A stretch of 64,000 nt of DNA from the human T2T-CHM13v2.0 reference genome, Homo sapiens, in the NCBI RefSeq assembly GCF_009914755.1, contig NC_060930.1. One strand, given 5' to 3'. Position 1 is the stretch's first letter. Every line of letters starts with the position of its first letter. The notes under the pieces were generated by a model. The model had not been told where the DNA came from and searched no databases. It saw only the letters and a list, made by a program, of their open reading frames with translations. Positions 56,301-64,000 of the stretch are shown here, piece after piece. The position numbers and the translations under genes were made by a program.

Positions 56301-59300
56301 CGTATCCATAACAATTTACTCAAGAAATCACAAGTTCTTTCCAAACCTCCTTTCTCTCTCTCACTTGCTCATTTTCCTTTATTGCTTTAAAGCAGTATGG
56401 CCCAGAAGAAACTCATGGTTGGTGCATTTACCTGGTACATTTACCAGTGTACATACACACTGTTGATCAATAAGTTATTAGCGTTCCCAGGTCTTCTGGC
56501 CTGATTTAAGTTTTGTTGCTATTATTTTTAGATTAGCGTTGTATTTTTAAAATCAGTCTTTATCAGATCATCTTTCCTGAGTTTGTTGTATAACTAAAAC
56601 ATGATGACAATTCTGGTTCAGTAATCAAGAGGTGACCCATGTGATGACTGTCCCAGATAACCTTCAGGCAATACCATAATTGCCACAATACAGATAAGTA
56701 GAAAGTGTGTTTAATGCAAAAAACAAGGATATAGGAAGATGTCAAGAAAGAGGCATTGCCCCGTTATCAAGGCCGGCCACACTAGAAAAGGATTCAGGTA
56801 ACTTTCAGTTTAAATTATTTTCATCTACAAAAATTTATTGGCACACATAGGGGCTACATGGGAGGTCAGTAAAGACCTCAGTAAGGAGAAGACCTCATGT
56901 GGGATTTGAGCTAGAGCAGCGGAATTTGCAGATAATAGCAAGGCAGATCATAAGCACAAATATCACTCGGCCCTTGCAGCAGATTTGCAAGAAAGAGGCA
57001 TTGTCATCCCTATGTGTATAACGGGAAACAAAGCCTCCATGAAGTTAAACAATGAGCCCGTGACAGCACAGTAAGGAGCAAAACCAGGATGCACACTCAA
57101 ATGTAACATGCTCTTGCTTCTTTTTATTGCTTGTAGGAGGCAAGATAAGATTGAGCCAGATTGCTAAAAATTTTGGAAGAAATTTTTATTTACTATAAGG
57201 GCAATGAGGAAGCTTTGGGCATTTCAGAACACAAAAGTGACATGAGGAAATCATTTTCCTTCTTCTAAATTAATTAGCACCCTGTGTATCTCCCCCAGCC
57301 CTGCCTACTTCTTTGCAGATCTCTAATCTCTGTGTAGATGGTTATATGGATTAGGAAACTAAGGCTCAAAGAGGCAAATTGATTTTCAAGAGGTCACATA
57401 GTGGGTATAGTTGATTCTAGAACCTTCTGGCTGCTTATCTAGCACTCTTTTGTCTACATTATGCTGCCATAGCCAATGTATAGAAAATCATTTTCATCAT
57501 TCATTGAATATGTTTATCACATAATAACTTCAGGGTTCCTCGGTGAACAGCATTTGGACTCTTGGTCTGAGAGTTTGATTAAACATAATAGAGACAACTA
57601 CTGTTCATTTGGGGCAGTTTTGAAGGCTCTAATTCCAGACACAAACCTGAAATGAGAAGACCCTACCAAACTAAAACCTGTGTCTTACCTGATTTGATCT
57701 TTACTACATTCTACCTACGCCTTTTTGCACAAATCTGAATCTCAAGGATGTAAAGAGAAAAAAGGGCAGTGTGGTTAGATTTAGACATAAACTTGGTTGA
57801 ATACAAATTAAAAATGTCCCCTTTTCCCACTCCCTGTAAATCAGTATCCAACTCTTGGGTGCAGGATATTGAGTGGGGAAGGGGAGGAGTGGGGCAGAAG
57901 GAAAAGAAGTCAGGAATCCAGGCTTCCCAGTCTCTCTGCCACTTACCTCCCTAAAGACTCCTCTTCATTTCATCTCTGGATTTCCAGGTACTTAACCCCT
58001 GTGATGGTCAGGTGAGATAGGAGAGGTTCCTGTTTCAGTTATAACTTGCACTGGGGCTGTTGTCAGCAAATCCAGGCCTCTAGCTATTTTCCAGACTGGT
58101 CAGAACACTAACCTGAAACCCAGAAGTAACTGCCAGGGCAGAGGTAAGTCACTGGTGGCTTCTGCCTCTACATAGAGCCTTGGATCCCCCAAACAGTCTT
58201 AGATCCTGGGAGTACTGATGTTTGCCTTTTCTATCTGCCCTCTTTTCTTGGCTTCTCCTTTCTTTCTTTTTAAAATAGCATAAATGAAAAATACAATTCA
58301 AAATTAAAATGAGTTTATTACTTCAAATATATCTTTGTGCTCCAGTGAATTGACAGGATTTATTTATGCTATCAAAGTAAATCAAATGAATTTGATTTTG
58401 GGGGTGGAGATGAACTTTAAACATAGGCAAAATGAAAGAAATCACAAAGAAAAAAATACTAGAATCTCTGAGTTTCAAATAAAAAAGAACTCAGTTAAAA
58501 AGTAAACAAATGAGGGGAAACATTTGTAGCAGACATGGCAGATAAAAGACTGAAACTGCTAATCTTAAGGAACTTACATAAATCAATAAAACGAATAAAA
58601 TGTGCAAATGACACATTCATTCTCAGACCTTAGCTATTTCAAAAGCTAAGAAACAAGAAAAGTGTTCATCCTCATTAGTAATCAAAGAAGTTTGAACAGA
58701 AGCAATGTGGCATCACTGGAGATGCTTTGGGGCAAACATATTTAGGTATGTGAATGCCTGAGATGAGGAGAGAGGTTAGTGAAGTACTCACTCTCGCTCT
58801 GCTGATGATGGGAGTAAAATTGATACATTTCTGAAAAGTAATTTGGTAATTCAGATAAAAACCTACAATAAACACTGAGATTCTAACTATTTTGAAAGCC
58901 CTACCCCGAATACTTATTTCGTAGCTATAGCATCAAATCCAAAATCTAGAATCATCTAAAGATATTAGTCATGTAATATCAAATTACTCAAAGTCGTAGT
59001 CTAAAATGCTTTGATAACAATATCTCTCAACCTTCAAGAAACGTGAACATAGCTTTTACTTGAATTAGAATATGTAGGTTATAGTACATTGCCTAAAGAA
59101 AAAAATTTAGTCTAAATTTAGTCTAAATGAGACTAAAAAAAAATTTAATCTCATTATCTTATAGTCACTCTAGATGTAAACCTCAAAACTCTTTCCTTCT
59201 GATTGTGCCACCATAACCAGCCTCCAAAGGTGGAAATGATTTCATCATCACCAGCTTAGCACACTATCCTGGACAGGCCATTTCTAAGCCCATTAGAAAC

Positions 59301-60029
59301 ATACACTTGCCAAAGGCAGATATAATTTTCCACACTTTCATAGTGGATACAGGTAGGACCAGATTTGAAGTTGGAGCTTTTCGCTTAGGTGGGTTATATT
59401 TTAATTAAGAAGGTCATTATGAAATTCCACTAGGTCAAATGTTTCTAGAATATTGTCCCAGTATCTCTTGCTAATTTCATTATAGTTAAACATTTGTTGA
59501 AATAGAATTGGTTGTGAAGAGCACAAACCCATGTGAGAGTAATTATTCTTGTAGAGAATCTCTACAGATTTGCTGAGATTTTCTCTTTAGCAGAGCTCAG
59601 ATATCTTCAGTTTGCCAAGTTAATGCAGAGATTCTTTTCCAGCTCATTAAGTTAGAAAAGATATTTCTCTTTTATACCCATGTAAATGTGTTATCTGAAG
59701 CATCACATTCATAAATGAGAGAATAGACTTGTAATTTAAATGGTCATAACCTAGGGTTTAAACAATCCCCTATTGTCTGTTTCTGCATAGAGCCAAGAAG
59801 ACAAGTTTTGCCTCCTTAACAGACAAGATGATTTCAGGATCTGAACCAAAATTTTCAATTTGTCTGGTTTTTTTTTTTCCCCCTCCCTCTGTCCTGCACA
59901 GGGCCAGGCACACAAAGCCAATCACTTTTTGTGTCAAGTAATATTGGTGATTTTCTGTACTCCATAATTGGGGTTATAAATATAATCCAAGTTATATTAT
60001 ATGACTACTTATACTTTTGTTAATTGTAT

Positions 60030-60470
60030 GTACTTGTTGGTTTCGGGTGCCAGAAATAATCCAACTCTAACAAGTTCAGACAAAAAGAAAATCTACTGGA
60101 AGAGCAGAAGGGTATCTATAAAATCAGAAAAAGAATTGAAAAAGCAAAAATGCAAGCAGGACAAGGGTGCAATCGGGCTCAAGGGCAACTGGAACCAGGG
60201 ACTGAAATGCTACCTGGTGTTTCTCCCTCTCTCTCCCACCCTTCTCTCTTTTTCTCTTTTCCAGACCAGCAGAAAATGTGCCCCCTTTCCCTTACCAAAA
60301 AATAAAAAGCTTCCAAACCTCACTCTCACAGCTTCTGTCACCACAGAGGAGCTGGCTTCTTGCTAGTTACAGTTCAGAAAAGTCTTGGGGAAAGACAATG
60401 ATTGGTTTAGCTAGTCAGGGCCCCCCATCCTTGAACCAATCAGAAGGCCAGGAGGAATGTTCCCATGGTA
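60030..60470 (-). mobile_element. Old MaLR LTR fragment (MLT1J/K/L-like)
   Basis: ccagaaataatccaactctaacaagttc and gattggtttagc...ccttgaaccaatca motifs. Confidence 0.45.
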
Positions 60471-60501
60471 TAAATCACTAGATCTCAGAGACTGGTAAAT
60501 A

Positions 60502-60852
60502 CAGTAGTCCTCGTGGATAAGGAAGATATGTTCCAAGACCCCCAGTCGTTGCCTGGACTCAAGAATAGTACCAAACCGTGTATATGCTTATGTGTTTTTC
60601 TATACATACATACCTATGAAAAAAGTTTAATTTTTATTAATAAATTAGGCACTATCAGAGATTAACAATAACTCATAATAAAATGGAACACTTATAACAA
60701 AATACTGTAATAAAAGTAAGTGAATGTGCTTCCCCCTCCCCCAACCCACTACCACCCACCCCCAGGCCAAATAACTTAATATTTTTGGACCGAGGTTAAC
60801 TGAGGGTAACTTAAACTTCAATAAGTGAAACAGAGAATACGGGAGACTACTG
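60502..60852. mobile_element. MER44-like (Tigger-derived) DNA transposon
   Basis: TIRs cagtagtcc ... gagactactg after a TA, internal gttccaagacccccag. Confidence 0.8.
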
Positions 60853-60900
60853 TGAACAAAGCCGCCACCCAAAAGAGGTTCCACTACAGGGTCTTTTTAG

Positions 60901-61173
<273 letters not shown>

Positions 61174-62519
61174 TAGATTTGCTTTTGAAAGCTCTGCCCA
61201 GTATTTCTATAGCCTGTCACAAGGCACAGCGACACTTGTTAACAATAAAATAGTGAAAAAATTTTCAAACAAGACTTAGAGAAGAAAATTAAGATCACCC
61301 ACAATCTCATCACCCAAATATAAGCACTATTTACATTTTAGTGCATATCCTTCCAGTCTGTTCCATGTGCGTATATCCTTTTCTATACATATAATATCAT
61401 TGAGATCATGTTAAATATAAAACTCTACATACCACCATTCACTTAATATGTAAAAAGAATACTCAATAACATTTTATACTTATAAATCTCTATATCAGGG
61501 AAGCTGTGACATCAGAATATCTGTGAACTTCTTGAATTTGTGTAGAGAATCATAAAGGTATAAGCATATTGGTATGTACTTCTTTTGGGAAGGGGGTCCA
61601 TATTTTCATCAGATTCTCAAAATGGTCTGTTACCAAAGAAAAAGGTTAAACACTACAGCATTTAAGTTTTCAAAGCACTTTCACATAAATTACAATACAT
61701 TCACAGCTGCTACATATTTAATATTTTACTTTTAACTGATCTCAGGTGACATTTAAAGGTTCATTGACACAAGGCAAACCGTACCTTGCAAATACATGCA
61801 CTTGAACCACAAATGCTCAAGCCAGACCCTTAGCTTGTGGGTGAGCCGTCCCGTTCCCCAGCCTCCCATCGCAGGAAAGCTCCCTTAACCTCACATCATG
61901 CCTCACTCTTGTGAAATGGTTAAAACAGCTTACAAAGGCGTGGATAGAGCTGACCCAACCAGTTTAGCCCAGAGCTGTTCCACTGCCTCAATCACTAGGG
62001 CTCCTGGACAGAGCTTGATTTTAGGGCAAGACTATTCAGATCATTTAAACCCAAAATTGGATCTCTCAGGCAAATTATTGATTCACCTATATAAATTAAA
62101 CTAAGTCAGCTATTATTCGAGTCTCGCTTCCATAATGAATTGTACACAACTTCAGTGGACTCCACCCTTCAGAGCCCTCCTTGAGTCTGTTCTGGTTACA
62201 TTTATTTAACGGTGACAAAGTTTCCTTTCCACTTTGTGCAGCATAGCTCTCTTCTCTCCACTTCACAGAAGTCACGTTCTCTGTCCCTCGGCACACGCTT
62301 GTATCTTAATCTTTATTTTTCCAACTCAGTTGTGGAATTCCACCAGGAAAACCCTTTCTTGCTCAAGAAGAACTGCGGGTACAATTTCAGCTCACCTTGG
62401 GTCTGTGTTGCCCCAGGGAGCCCAGGCTGAGGGTGAACAAGCTGCAGCTGCCACTTGAACAGCGCTTTCTCAGGTCTTGAGCCGCTTTGCGTCATCTCTG
62501 TTGCTTCAGTGCCTCCAGA

Positions 62520-62722
62520 AGCCCCTTGGTGCTCCCCCCAAGGGTAGCGCTCACCACGCTACATTGTAAATGCCCATTTAACCATTGTCTCACCCCCCAG
62601 ACCACACCCTCTGTGAGGGCAACACCTTGTCTTGTTCACTGCAGTGTCCACGGCACTTAAATGCAGCACTCAGAATGAAGGAGTGAACAAATGAGCCAAT
62701 GGGTGAGTGGCTGAATGAATGC
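62520..62722 (+). mobile_element. L2 3' end
   Basis: ctctgtgagggcaacaccttgtcttgttcactgc...tgaatgaatg. Confidence 0.7.
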
Positions 62723-62930
62723 AGTGAACTAATTCTTTTTCACTGAGCAAAGGAAGGCGGAGAACTTGGAGTGAGAAACAGGAGGGCAGAGTAAACAGGA
62801 GAGATAGAGAAAGAAAGTGACAGAGACTTGCCACCTCTGGGAAACCAACACTAGTGGCCCAACATGACCAGAATCCCCCTGGTCAGCTTCTAAGGAACGC
62901 TCTATGGGTGTTTTATGTAAACATTTCACA

Positions 62931-63240
62931 TGGCTCACGCCTGTAATCCCAGCACTTTGGGAGACCAAGGCGAGAGGATCACCTGAGGTCAAGAGTTCGA
63001 GACCAGCCTGGCCAACGTGGTGAAACCTCATCTCTACTAAAAAATACAAAAATAATTAGCTGAGTGTGGTGGTGTGCCCCTGTAGTCCCAGCTACTCTGG
63101 GAGGCTGAGGCAGGAGAATCACTTAACCCAGTAGGCGGAGGTTGCAGTGAGCCGAGATCGCGCCATTGCACTCCAGCCTGGGCGACAGAGGGCGACTCCG
63201 TCTCAAAAAAACATTTAAAAAATCTAAAAAATAATAATAA
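62931..63240 (+). mobile_element. AluS (Sx/Sz-like), first ~12 nt missing
   Basis: tggctcacgcctgtaatcccagc...gactccgtctc followed by a tail. Confidence 0.9.
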
Positions 63241-64000
63241 GTGAAGAGGGAAAATCATTCAATATAAGAATCCCCCTCTAAAGGAGCCAAGCAGGTAGGT
63301 CTAATAATTCAGACTGTTCCTCTGCTCCATGGTGTGTGGAATGATTTACTGCATCCATAAAGGAAATTGCAGGACTTAGAGCTGAGAGACACTCCGGAGG
63401 CCCTGAAACTGGTATGGCGCAGACACAGAGCTGTGTCTGAAGATGTGGCTCCCGGGACTGGAGGGTCTGCAGCTGCCCTGAGCCCACAGGTGACGGTGTT
63501 CAAAAGAGGAGCGGCATCAGCAGTGGCTCTGTCCCACGGCTGATTAACGCAACGGAATGTACAGTCAGCAAGGGGGTGCTGCCTGTCAGGCTGTGGACTT
63601 ACTGTCTGTCCCAGACTGGCTTTGTTCAAGTTTAAGGGCATTGTAATATTTAATATGGCCTGTAGCAATTTCATACCATTTGTAAAAATCATGAGACTAT
63701 TTAATATAGAAAAAATATGTTCAAGCTTCCACCTAGAAAAATAACTGTGTATAGAACAGAATAAAAATGAGTTCAGAAGAATATTAGCTGATTAACACAT
63801 TCTATTGAGTTAAGAAACTAGAACCCAGATATACGGGCACAACCAGGAAGGAAAGTGGGAATCTTAAAGGAAGAAGAAACTTCAGATTAGAGAAGAGATG
63901 ACCTTTGACTAAGAAGTCCCTAGTAGTCGTACTTAAAGCTTATCACCAAACTCGAACCAATTGTACAGTGTCAGTTAGTAAATCCTAAATCGAATGATCA

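Noticed and set aside
59550-59566. Palindrome tgtagaga-a-tctctaca
   Set aside because: 8-bp arms are expected by chance in a window of this size.

Overview
Primate, most likely human, genomic DNA. The window covers more than 47 kb of the last intron of UST (uronyl 2-sulfotransferase, + strand), its terminal coding exon (47683-47966), a ~2.9 kb 3'UTR ending near AATAAA at 50818, and ~13 kb of downstream sequence. The rest is interspersed repeats (Alu/FLAM/FRAM, MIR, L1M/HAL1, L2, MaLR and ERV1 LTRs, hAT/Tc-mariner remnants), microsatellites and a 66-bp minisatellite. None of the other listed ORFs has independent coding support. The most unusual element is a chimeric retroposon at 1598-1961: a full-length Alu whose poly(A) tail is joined to a 35-nt 5' half of tRNA-Cys(GCA) ending exactly at the anticodon, inside a single 14-bp target-site duplication. 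Other observations are a tailless Alu with a TSD, several template-switch or fold-back scars, three miR-1/206 seed sites in the 3'UTR and oriented CTCF-like motifs. Repeat subfamily names and most repeat boundaries are by-eye estimates.
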